From the NCBI GenBank assembly GCA_003487265.1, contig DNEP01000013.1, positions 230,706 through 294,705 of the forward strand: DNA of 64,000 nucleotides. The letters are read 5' to 3'. The notes under the pieces were generated by a model, which had not been told where the DNA came from, made no database searches, and was given only the letters and a program-made list of their open reading frames with translations. The stretch comes from Minisyncoccota bacterium (GTDB taxonomy: Bacteria > Patescibacteriota > Microgenomatia > UBA1400 > UBA12028). The position numbers and the translations under genes were made by a program. This document shows positions 27,896 through 36,215 of this stretch, piece after piece. Position 1 is the first letter of the stretch; each line of letters begins with the position of its first letter.

Positions 27896-29188
27896 ATGCT
27901 CCTTCGTAATATTCAAAAAAAAGGCCCCCTGCTCATCGGCATCGCCGCAATCCTCTGGGCGTTTGACGGAATCCTTCGAAGAAGTCTGTACTCACTCAAT
28001 CCTCTTATCATCGTTTTTGGTGAACACGCTGTCGGAGCCGTGTTACTTGTTCCAGTTTTATGGAAGAAAAAATCCAATCTATTCGCTTTTCGAAAGGGCG
28101 AGTTGCTTTCGATGTTTTGGATTTCGCTTTTCAGTGGACTTTTGGGAACATTGTGGTTTACCACTGCATTACTTCAGACGAGCTTTATCTCGTTCAGTGT
28201 TGTATTTTTACTTCAAAAAACACAACCCATTTTCGCCGTGATATCGGCGAGAATACTGTTGAAAGAAAAAATCTCGCGAAGGTATTTATTTTGGGCAGGA
28301 GTCGCAATGATTGCGGCTTTCTTTGTGACCTTTCCAAATGGAAAGATTAATTTTGAAACTGGATCTGGAACAGTTTTTGCGGGACTTTACGCACTCGGAG
28401 CCGCATTCGCCTGGGGAAGTTCGACTGCATTTTCTAAGCGCGCGTTACAAGGGAAAGATTCAACAGTAATTACGGGAATGCGATTTTTCTTTACAACTGT
28501 TCTTGCGTTTGTTGGAGTATTGTTATTTCAAAAAACCACTCAACTTACTCATATTTCACCAATTCAATTTAGCACCTTTGTTGGTATCGCGCTTTCAACG
28601 GGAATGGTTGCGCTTTGGATTTACTACAAAGGACTTTCACAAACAGAAGTGAAAACTTCGACAATTGTTGAACTATTATTTCCTGTGTCCGCCGTGTTCT
28701 TAGATGCGATTGTGTATCATTCCTTTTTATCCCCATCACAGTATCTCGCGACAATTGTTTTACTATTTGCTTCAACAAAAATCAGTTATTTACACACACA
28801 AAAATTCACGTTCATCACGACACAAATACGGGGTAAAGGTCGCGGGAAAAAGATTGGAGTTCCAACAATAAATCTCAAGATTCCAACAACACTCACACTA
28901 AAAGAAGGAGTCTATTCCTCCTCCATCGTGATTAATAATCGAAAATACGACGGCGCTCTTCACTATGGTTCAATTCCAACATTTCATGAATCTCAAAAAA
29001 ACATGGAGGTTCATCTCATCAATACCACTTCATTTTCTGAAGTGATCACCGAAACCACACCCATTCAAGTAAAAATTCAGAAATACATTCGACCGATTCA
29101 ATTTTTTGAGAACACGCATGATTTAGTCAAACAAATCCAAGATGACATCGCTTTAATTACTGACGAACGTTTATCCTCGCAAGAATAA
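27896..29188 (+). CDS. Fusion protein: EamA/DMT-family 10-TM transporter (RibN-like) + C-terminal riboflavin kinase (flavokinase) domain
   Basis: Residues 1-300 are a duplicated EamA domain. Residues about 305-430 match the riboflavin kinase fold: GKGRGKKIGVPTINL ... GVY ... HYGSIPTF ... EVHLI ... DLV.QIQDD. Confidence 0.75.
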   Translation: MLLRNIQKKGPLLIGIAAILWAFDGILRRSLYSLNPLIIVFGEHAVGAVLLVPVLWKKKSNLFAFRKGELLSMFWISLFSGLLGTLWFTTALLQTSFISFSVVFLLQKTQPIFAVISARILLKEKISRRYLFWAGVAMIAAFFVTFPNGKINFETGSGTVFAGLYALGAAFAWGSSTAFSKRALQGKDSTVITGMRFFFTTVLAFVGVLLFQKTTQLTHISPIQFSTFVGIALSTGMVALWIYYKGLSQTEVKTSTIVELLFPVSAVFLDAIVYHSFLSPSQYLATIVLLFASTKISYLHTQKFTFITTQIRGKGRGKKIGVPTINLKIPTTLTLKEGVYSSSIVINNRKYDGALHYGSIPTFHESQKNMEVHLINTTSFSEVITETTPIQVKIQKYIRPIQFFENTHDLVKQIQDDIALITDERLSSQE

Positions 29189-29419
29189 TCTACTCACAAA
29201 AAGCGTTACAAGCGCTCCACCCACCGCAACAACAAACGAGGTGAGATTAAAACCCGTAACTCCGACTCCAAAAAATCGTTCACCTAAGTATCCACCGACA
29301 ACCGCCCCGATGATTCCCAAGATTATCGATCCAACGAATCCTCCTTGGGAACTTGGCGCGATGAAGTTGGCGACACTTCCCGCAATCAGTCCAAACACAA
29401 TCCAATATAAAAGAGACAT
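29171..29419 (-). CDS. GlsB/YeaQ/YmgE-family (transglycosylase-associated) small membrane protein
   Basis: Motif LLYWIVFGLIAG...GGFVGSIILGIIGAVVGGYLG. ATG at 29419 has an AAGGA RBS. Confidence 0.75.
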   Translation of the reverse strand: MSLLYWIVFGLIAGSVANFIAPSSQGGFVGSIILGIIGAVVGGYLGERFFGVGVTGFNLTSFVVAVGGALVTLFVSRLFLRG

Positions 29420-29469
29420 TTTTTCCTTCTTTCTATTACTTGAGAATACCCAAATAGACAACGCAGTAT

Positions 29470-29877
29470 TTACGCGGATTCTTGCTTCTCACCCGAAAGC
29501 ACACGTACAAGCGCAACAATTCCCCACGCAAGCACCGCATACACGAGCATTGCAACAATCGTTGCAGGTTCAAGAACCGAGGTCGTTTCAATTCCCTGAG
29601 AAAATCCTTTTCGAAAAATCCCATCAAATGGAAGAGTAAAAATTCCAGACAGTCCGTAGATAAAACGCACAAACGAACTCGAAAGACTCGCACCCATAAG
29701 TTTTAATATCAATCGAAACGAAAGTAAAATCTCAACCGTTCCAAGAATGAAATACAGAATGTATTCCGTCGACTGCGAACTCGTTGCTTCTGTCGTTGTT
29801 GAAGGTTGTGCGGAATTACTTGCCGTTTCCGCTCGCGTCACCGTAGTTTCTTTCATTATTTCTGACATATGATTCAC
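29470..29877 (-). CDS. YggT-family membrane protein
   Basis: YGGT repeat (ILKLMGA...FIYGLS...PF.GIF) and an AAAGGTGA RBS. Confidence 0.7.
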   Translation of the reverse strand: MNHMSEIMKETTVTRAETASNSAQPSTTTEATSSQSTEYILYFILGTVEILLSFRLILKLMGASLSSSFVRFIYGLSGIFTLPFDGIFRKGFSQGIETTSVLEPATIVAMLVYAVLAWGIVALVRVLSGEKQESA

Positions 29878-29903
29878 CTTTTGTTACCAGTTCTACATTA
29901 CAG

Positions 29904-30071
29904 TTAAATTTCCGGTTTTATGATGACAATTTCTTTTGGCAAATAGTGTATGAGCGCTTTTTCGATTAAATCGGTAAGCGTGCGATCTTCCACGACAGCC
30001 TGAGCCCTTGCGAGCTTAATTAAATCAGGATGAAAAAAAAGCGTGGTTCGTTGTTTATCCTTTGTTGTCAT
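29904..30071 (-). CDS. Ribbon-helix-helix (CopG/antitoxin-like) small protein, 55 aa
   Basis: Found by hand; it is below the ORF-track size cutoff. Sequence MTTKDKQRTTLFFHPDLIKLARAQAVVEDRTLTDLIEKALIHYLPKEIVIIKPEI has the RHH pattern (R-T-h-x-h, then LxxLAxxxA, then SLsxLIExAL). Confidence 0.5.
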   Translation of the reverse strand: MTTKDKQRTTLFFHPDLIKLARAQAVVEDRTLTDLIEKALIHYLPKEIVIIKPEI

Positions 30072-30173
30072 ACTACACACTGTACACTTACTTGTAGTAG
30101 TTGTCTATAGACAACTTGTTCGAGTACTGCTCGTCAAAACACAAAAAGAAAACGATGATCTATAATACGCCTC

Positions 30174-31274
30174 ATGTTTTTAGAATCTTCATCCGATTTT
30201 ATTCCACCGTATACCTCTGAACTCGGATTGTTGTACGACAGTTATCGCTCGCGCTTAGAGAAGCTTCTTGGAGGATCCATTACTGGCCAACTAATCTCAC
30301 TCCCTCATTTCTCCGCACGAAACGAGTCCAATCGAGCAATACGTGTTCGCACCAGAGAGCAAATTGACTTCGAAAAATATACAGCGGTTTGTTTTTGCGA
30401 TCACGACGACACACTCGAACGATATTCGCCGCGTAAAGAATCATATGTTCAAGAGTTATGTCCAATGATACCCTCAGGAGATCGCGACGCATGTTCCACC
30501 ACACTACGCATACTCAACGCTGTGTGTCGCATACGTCCAATCACGGGGAAGGGACCGGATCGATACTCCCCGCTTCTTGAGATGATCGCGTGTAGCACAT
30601 TACTCGACTCACAAATATCTGCGTTGAAATTACAGAAGATATCAGATGTGCAATCGGCAAAAGAATTTATCATTCAAACCGTTCTCCCTCAATTTGCGGG
30701 AATGCTTGAATACAACGAACGTGGATTTTTTCGAGAAGTAAAACATCAAGCATTGGCAATCCAATGGGATACAAAACCATCTCGTGTAGCCAAGATCGTA
30801 TGGGACACATATCGCAAACACATGACGCAATCAACAATACCAGATCAGGAACTTGCAGGACTCAATATCGATCCAGCTATTTACTGGATTATCACCACGT
30901 ATGGAGAAATTGGATTTCAACCTGAAAAAGTGATAAACGCATTAGAATATCTCCAAACTCATTCTTATCGCATGCCAAACGAGCTTCTTTTTTTGCTTCG
31001 AGGAACAAAAGAGCCAGTTGTTTCACATGTACTCCAATCTTTTCCTGAAACCATTCCCGTACTCGCGATTGATGATCGTCTTGACCAACTAGAGCAATAT
31101 CGAACGAATCCCCGAATCGTTCCAATTCAGGCGAAACGCGAGATCCCATTTCAAACGAGAAATGATGCGCAACCCGATCATTCTCTTTTCACATATCCTG
31201 TTATTCAAATGGATCAAGGAAACTTCAATGAAAAATTAGTGAAAATCGTTTCTTCACTCAGTGCATCCACATAG
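30174..31274 (+). CDS. Hypothetical protein with HAD-hydrolase-like motifs
   Basis: Possible HAD motif I (FCDHDDTL = DxDxT), motif III K (GTKEP) and motif IV (VLAIDDR). A TATAAT box lies 7 nt upstream of the ATG. Confidence 0.4.
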   Translation: MFLESSSDFIPPYTSELGLLYDSYRSRLEKLLGGSITGQLISLPHFSARNESNRAIRVRTREQIDFEKYTAVCFCDHDDTLERYSPRKESYVQELCPMIPSGDRDACSTTLRILNAVCRIRPITGKGPDRYSPLLEMIACSTLLDSQISALKLQKISDVQSAKEFIIQTVLPQFAGMLEYNERGFFREVKHQALAIQWDTKPSRVAKIVWDTYRKHMTQSTIPDQELAGLNIDPAIYWIITTYGEIGFQPEKVINALEYLQTHSYRMPNELLFLLRGTKEPVVSHVLQSFPETIPVLAIDDRLDQLEQYRTNPRIVPIQAKREIPFQTRNDAQPDHSLFTYPVIQMDQGNFNEKLVKIVSSLSAST

Positions 31275-31281
31275 CAAACGA

Positions 31282-32262
31282 TTAAAAAATCCAGTTAAAG
31301 AGATACCCCATCATCATAATTCCCGTTATTGTAATCCCAAAGAACAATCCTAATAACTGCCAGCGCATCACCTTTTTCAAAATCATCCCCTCAGGAATAG
31401 AGATCGTAACAATTGCCGTCATAAACGCGAGCGCTGTTCCGAGTGGCACCCCCTTACGTACCAAAGCCTCCATAATGGGAATAACGCTCACTGAATTTGC
31501 ATAAAGCGGTGCACCAAGAAAAGTTGCAAAGGGGATTGAGTACCAAGACGTATCAGAAAGATATGTTTCTACAACTCTCGCGGGTACAAATCCATGAATC
31601 ACCGCACCAACTCCAACCCCAAGAATCACATACGGGAAAATCGTTTTCGTAATCTGCATGCCATCTTGCCACCAATATCGCATCAATGTGAAAAGTGGTA
31701 ACGTATTGCATTTATTTTCTGTTTCCACATCAATGTGAGATTTCATTCGCAACAATTCCTGTTTGATATATTTTTCGACATGAAGGCGTGAAATGAGCAT
31801 CCCTCCAAGAATACTTATTCCTATTCCAACAATGTTGTAGAGTAACGTCACCTTCCATCCAAACATCGCGGGAAACAAATACATGGATGATTCATTCACC
31901 AAAGGTGAACTAATCAAAAATGCAAACGTAACAGCCAAGGGAATACCCGCCCGCACAAATCCAATAAAAAGAGGAATTGAAGAACAAGAACAAAACGGTG
32001 TGATTACTCCCAAAACTGCCGCCAACACATACTCAATGCCGTACCACCTTCGTTTCGATAACATATCTCGCACTTTTTCCATTGGAAAATAATATCGTGT
32101 CATAGCCATGACATAGTTGATAACGATGAGGAGAACGCCTATTTTAATCACATCATAGATAAAAAAAGCTGTCGCACTTCCCAAATAACTATCTCTTTCC
32201 ATTCCAAACCATTTGTATGAAACCGAATCTGCAAAAAATTGTATTGGTCGAAAAATATCCAT
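31282..32262 (-). CDS. UPF0718/ArsP-like permease (CxC-motif permease)
   Basis: Polytopic membrane protein with the TPFCSCSS motif. Paired with the downstream small thioredoxin-fold protein, as is typical for this family. Confidence 0.8.
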   Translation of the reverse strand: MDIFRPIQFFADSVSYKWFGMERDSYLGSATAFFIYDVIKIGVLLIVINYVMAMTRYYFPMEKVRDMLSKRRWYGIEYVLAAVLGVITPFCSCSSIPLFIGFVRAGIPLAVTFAFLISSPLVNESSMYLFPAMFGWKVTLLYNIVGIGISILGGMLISRLHVEKYIKQELLRMKSHIDVETENKCNTLPLFTLMRYWWQDGMQITKTIFPYVILGVGVGAVIHGFVPARVVETYLSDTSWYSIPFATFLGAPLYANSVSVIPIMEALVRKGVPLGTALAFMTAIVTISIPEGMILKKVMRWQLLGLFFGITITGIMMMGYLFNWIF

Positions 32263-32264
32263 AG

Positions 32265-32510
32265 TTATGCTTTGCGTAACGCGCCTTTTATTTTTTCGAT
32301 GTCGGGAATAAACCCGACCATTGCCACCTTACCATCAATCACCAACACCGGACTACTCATGACTCCCAACTCGATCATCTTCTGTATGCCATCGTCACCG
32401 GTGATGTATTCCACCATATCTTTCATTCCTAGGTCACGCGCAACACTCACCACCATTTCGTACATTTTTTTACACTTCAAACAACCTGTCCCCAGTACTT
32501 GAACGCGCAT
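32265..32510 (-). CDS. Thioredoxin-family small redox protein (redox-active disulfide protein 2-like)
   Basis: 81 aa with a GCLKC redox motif (MRVQVLGTGCLKCKKMYE...). Adjacent to the CxC permease. Confidence 0.8.
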   Translation of the reverse strand: MRVQVLGTGCLKCKKMYEMVVSVARDLGMKDMVEYITGDDGIQKMIELGVMSSPVLVIDGKVAMVGFIPDIEKIKGALRKA

Positions 32511-32650
32511 ATTTTTCTCCTGTGTTACGGTGGTTATACGTACGTATTCTTCAATGATAACCTATACTTGATTGACAATGTGTGAAGAAATCTTTTTTCA
32601 GTCATTCGTCAATGTCAAACTCGGATCCTTAGTTTGCACTGTTTCATTTG

Positions 32651-33136
32651 CTAAGTAAACTCAGTAAACCCCATCATGGGTTTTTGAGAATCCACCCATT
32701 TTTCCGCTTTTTCGAAAAGTTCTGGATGCTGTTCTCTTCCTGTTTGGGGATCAAGCGCAACTTCACGAGCATGCTCAATATTACCCGTTTCTATTAGAGA
32801 AGCAATCACATTATGCTCAACCATGCTTCTAAGTTTCATAATTGAAACAGAAATTCCAGTTCTATCACTTAACAAAACAGTTGCTTCTAATCTTTCAGCT
32901 TCAAATCGATGACCGAAGAACGATTCGATTGCCGCATTTGTCATGCTTTCACTCAACTGAAAACTTCGATGATTTAGTGCTTCTGCTACTAGTTTTTCCC
33001 GTTCTCGTTTCTCTTTTTCTTCTGGGGAAAGCGTTTCCCACTCTCTCTTTTCAGCTATACGTCTTGCTTGAATGGCTGTATTTATTTTCTCCATGTCGAA
33101 CACGGGTCTTTGCCCATTGTTTTCCATTTTATTCAT
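32651..33136 (-). CDS. Hypothetical protein
   Basis: ATG at 33136 is preceded by a perfect GGAAAGGAGGTGA RBS. Glu/Lys-rich soluble protein with no recognized motif. Confidence 0.5.
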   Translation of the reverse strand: MNKMENNGQRPVFDMEKINTAIQARRIAEKREWETLSPEEKEKREREKLVAEALNHRSFQLSESMTNAAIESFFGHRFEAERLEATVLLSDRTGISVSIMKLRSMVEHNVIASLIETGNIEHAREVALDPQTGREQHPELFEKAEKWVDSQKPMMGFTEFT

Positions 33137-33243
33137 TTTTATCACCTCCTTTCCAAAAAACCCTCGCACCCATCTATTCAAAGAAGAATAGACAAGGGCG
33201 AGGGTTCTACAACACACGCGGTACCACCTTGTTTTTCATTTAG

Positions 33244-33278
33244 TACAAAAAAGGCATTCCTGTTTCCTTGGAATGCCT
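33244..33278 (-). terminator. Rho-independent terminator (9-bp perfect stem AGGCATTCC/GGAATGCCT + U7 on the minus strand)
   Basis: Plus-strand sequence aaaaaAGGCATTCCtgtttccttGGAATGCCT. On the minus strand the hairpin is followed by TTTTTTT. Confidence 0.6.
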
Positions 33279-33495
33279 CGAAATTTTTGCAATAAATGCT
33301 CATTTTCGAGTGCTCCGACAGTGCCGACACACTCTTTCAGCTGTCACGGGCATACCCGTAAACCTTAATTGATGTGTATCTTTAGGGTTTAGGCTCAAGA
33401 GGGTAATTCAAACATGATCGTTCGGGAAGACTTGCACCTACCGCTTCCTCTCTCTTGTCACCGATACTGCTCTACTATTTCTCTGTCAAAGCTTG
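33245..33495 (-). ncRNA. Candidate small RNA (about 250 nt) with its own promoter and terminator
   Basis: Minus-strand TTGCGA-N16-TATAAT promoter at about 33496-33523, no ORF longer than 17 codons, internal hairpins (CGGGTATGCCCG), ending at the strong terminator at 33244-33278. Confidence 0.3.
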
Positions 33496-33628
33496 TCGGA
33501 GTATTATACGCGAAAGAAGAGATATCGCAATATGCAAGTTTGTTACTCAATTGTGAACCAATTTTGTCCTTGGTAAAAATCGTACGCCCACCATATTCAT
33601 ACTTGCTCGATTAGTCTATTATTAACTC

Positions 33629-34078
33629 ATGAATCTTTTTCAATGGTTTTTGATTGTTTTTGCTTTAGGTAACCTGTTTCTTTTTGTTAAAGCACGCAAA
33701 GAATGTCAAAACAGTAATTCGTATGGATTAACAAAGGCTCTTTTTCTGTTGGGGATGTACGTTTGGGGTGATGTTCTTATTTTTAGTCTTTTCTGGACAA
33801 GTGTTGCGCTCATCTGCCTGATTGTTAACAATGTGTATCTCTTTTTTACCTTTGTCAGTCTTTTTTGGGTGGTGAGGAGTTTTGGTGAAACAATGTATTG
33901 GTTTCATCAGCAATTTTCAACGGTGAGAAGAGAGCCTCCAGAGAAAGTTGAACTCTATTCACTTGTTCACAACGATTCCGTTTGGTTTATTCAGCAAGTC
34001 AAAAATCAATGCATAACTATTCTTTCGCTCGTGATGTCCATTTATTTTTCTGTGCTTTGGATCAAGACGGGATTTTGA
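33629..34078 (+). CDS. Hypothetical membrane protein
   Basis: 149 aa, ATG start, four hydrophobic helices, no known motif. Confidence 0.45.
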   Translation: MNLFQWFLIVFALGNLFLFVKARKECQNSNSYGLTKALFLLGMYVWGDVLIFSLFWTSVALICLIVNNVYLFFTFVSLFWVVRSFGETMYWFHQQFSTVRREPPEKVELYSLVHNDSVWFIQQVKNQCITILSLVMSIYFSVLWIKTGF

Positions 34079-34174
34079 GTTCATCTGGAAAACACAAAAG
34101 AACAAATACAGATATAATTATCTGCTGTTCCATAATCCATAGCATCATTCTGCTGAGTTCATAACGAGCAAACT

Positions 34175-34474
34175 CTAAATTTGACCGAAAAAAAGCAAAA
34201 GTAAAACAACAACTGTAATAATTGCAAAAACGCTAACCGTTTTCGCAAATAGATCAACCGCTTCTTTTTTCTTTCCTTCAATAAAAAATTGGAGTGGCTG
34301 GTAAAAAAACAAAAACGCCATTACCACAACTGAAAGGACAAGTACAAATAAAACCATGATTGGTGCAAAAAAAGTATCAGGTTTGGCCTTTAAAGGTTCA
34401 GTCGCAAAGGTCATAACAAAGACAACCAAAACAATATACACTGAAGCACTTAACGCATTAACAATGGGATTCAT
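34175..34474 (-). CDS. Hypothetical small membrane protein
   Basis: About 100 aa with three hydrophobic helices. ATG at 34474 (the track start is TTG). Confidence 0.45.
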   Translation of the reverse strand: MNPIVNALSASVYIVLVVFVMTFATEPLKAKPDTFFAPIMVLFVLVLSVVVMAFLFFYQPLQFFIEGKKKEAVDLFAKTVSVFAIITVVVLLLLFFGQI

Positions 34475-34550
34475 TGACACATGCAAATTTTATCACATTT
34501 GGCACCTAGAAGGTTGGTACTCGAATGAGGGGGTGGATTGAGAAACGGAT

Positions 34551-34778
34551 CTACAACTCGCTCACATCTTCAACATATTCAAATCGAGGAATCGCTCGAC
34601 CGTCAACGATCACGTTCTCTTGAAACTTGTTAAGTGGTCGTACCCAGAGTTGACCTTTTGGGTTGGGATATAAGCAATAGTAGACAACGAGTTGTTCTTG
34701 AGTTTCGCTATGCAACGCCACACCAATCACTTGATAGTATTTCCCTTTATAGTGTTTGTAAGTTCCCAATCGTAGCAT
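34551..34778 (-). CDS. DUF1653-family protein
   Basis: 75 aa with YKHYKGKYYQV...LVVYYCLY signature. Confidence 0.7.
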   Translation of the reverse strand: MLRLGTYKHYKGKYYQVIGVALHSETQEQLVVYYCLYPNPKGQLWVRPLNKFQENVIVDGRAIPRFEYVEDVSEL

Positions 34779-34817
34779 CGCATGCTCCTAGTGACAATTT
34801 AATTTTCATTATTCCTC

Positions 34818-35102
34818 TCATCCTGCACTGACTCCATTTGGAACGTCTTTTTCGGGCATTGTAAGAACAGGGGTAATTCCATTTGTATATCCAATATCAA
34901 ACAGCATCCCTTCAGAAACTTCCCCCGCCATCTTTCTTGGTTCGAGGTTCACAACAAATAATGCTTGCTTTCCAACGATTTCGCTACAATCTTGACGTTC
35001 TTTCTTCATTCCAACAAGAATCGTGCGTCGAAATGTGCCGAAATCAACCATAAGTCGAATGAGTTTATCTGAACCAGAAATATCATCAATTTGCTCACTT
35101 GG
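34818..35102 (-). pseudogene. N-terminally truncated paralog of the tRNA-binding-domain protein (CsaA/Trbp111-like)
   Basis: In-frame translation upstream of the ATG at 35051 continues the domain (PSEQIDDISGSDKLIRLMVDFG...) up to a TAA stop at 35103-35105. No start codon covers the first beta-strand. It is homologous to the intact copy at 14479-14874. Confidence 0.45.
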
Positions 35103-35468
35103 TTATATAAGAACAGATTCTTTTTTCTTGGCTGTGGCGGGGGAAATACAAACGGAATCGTCACTATTTCAAACAAACCGTGGTGTCTTAACGACAAAAT
35201 GTTCCACTTTTCCGATATGCTTTTCCAAGCCCACTTTATTGTTTCAATATGTCTTTCGATAAGCGCAGTCAGCCTTGCACTTTACTGTCGACTCGTTGAA
35301 AAGAAACCACTTCAGGCAAAACATGTGTGGATACTGCTTTTGAGTGAGATTCCGATCCTATTCATTTTTCTGGTGATGAGTTTATGGAAGTGAGTTGAAA
35401 ATGACAAGATTTACGAGGTGGGTGGAAAATTATTTCATTAGAGTGTCTAGGGCATACGTTTAAGGAAA

Positions 35469-36215
35469 TCAATCACTTCTTGCATGCTTGAAAGATTTCA
35501 ACAACGGCTTTTCCCAGCCAAAACATGTTTCTCGATTTTTCAACTTATCAAAAGCATTGATACAACTCGGGTCCAGCTTAACAAATTCCTGCAAAAGAAC
35601 AACTACTTCCTCAATAAACCCGCCTACCTCACCATCCGAGTCATCAACTCCGCCAGTACATAGCTTCTTGTCTAATCTTAAGAGTAAATCAATCAACAAC
35701 CCTGCTGTTTGAATACTTACGGGCAAATCAGAGATGACAACAGATAAACGATTGCAACCTTCGGAGAGCGAATTTTGGTAGGCAAACCAAGTACGAGACG
35801 GACCAGTGTAGGCTTTGATGTATTTCAGGGAAGATGTAATCGTCTTTTTTGCAGCGATCAGCTCATTCTGTGATAAGGTTCCCAACTTTCCACTACAAGT
35901 TGGATTTGGGACCAGTTTCTTATCATTATCGGTCAATGGCTTTCCATCCTGAACCACATAAATTGCCAAAGCAACCATGTGCTTGCAGAGCGTGCCGTTG
36001 ACCCCTAAATAACAAGTACAGTGGCCATAATCATATCGTCGGGCTTCTACTGAGACTTGGTATGGTTTTGTTCCTTTGACAACAGCTGTGTACGATCGAA
36101 TACCCTCTTCTACTTGGGTGACTTTATCACTTTCGTATAAGCCCACTGCTTTCTCGAATGTTGATCCATCTGTGGCGAACTTGATTTTATCGAGGGTAAA
36201 GTCAGGCTGGTTCAT
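35469..36215 (-). CDS. SWIM zinc-finger domain protein
   Basis: SWIM CxC...CxH motif (YDYGHCTCYLGVNGTLCKHMVALAIY). Its start overlaps the last 14 nt of the upstream Fic gene. Confidence 0.7.
   Translation of the reverse strand: MNQPDFTLDKIKFATDGSTFEKAVGLYESDKVTQVEEGIRSYTAVVKGTKPYQVSVEARRYDYGHCTCYLGVNGTLCKHMVALAIYVVQDGKPLTDNDKKLVPNPTCSGKLGTLSQNELIAAKKTITSSLKYIKAYTGPSRTWFAYQNSLSEGCNRLSVVISDLPVSIQTAGLLIDLLLRLDKKLCTGGVDDSDGEVGGFIEEVVVLLQEFVKLDPSCINAFDKLKNRETCFGWEKPLLKSFKHARSD

Noticed and set aside
33218-33628. Possibility that the 410-bp gap encodes RNase P RNA, tmRNA, SRP RNA or 6S RNA
   Set aside because: None of the universally conserved motifs were found on either strand (RNase P GGAAAGUCCGG/ACAGAACCCGGCUUA, tmRNA tRNA-like ends, SRP GGAAGCAGCC). 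Reported instead as an unclassified sRNA candidate.
35091-35393. 100-aa plus-strand ORF between the truncated tRNA-binding-domain gene and the SWIM gene
   Set aside because: No RBS and a low-complexity hydrophobic product. It overlaps the pseudogene's upstream region. Kept only as a possibility.
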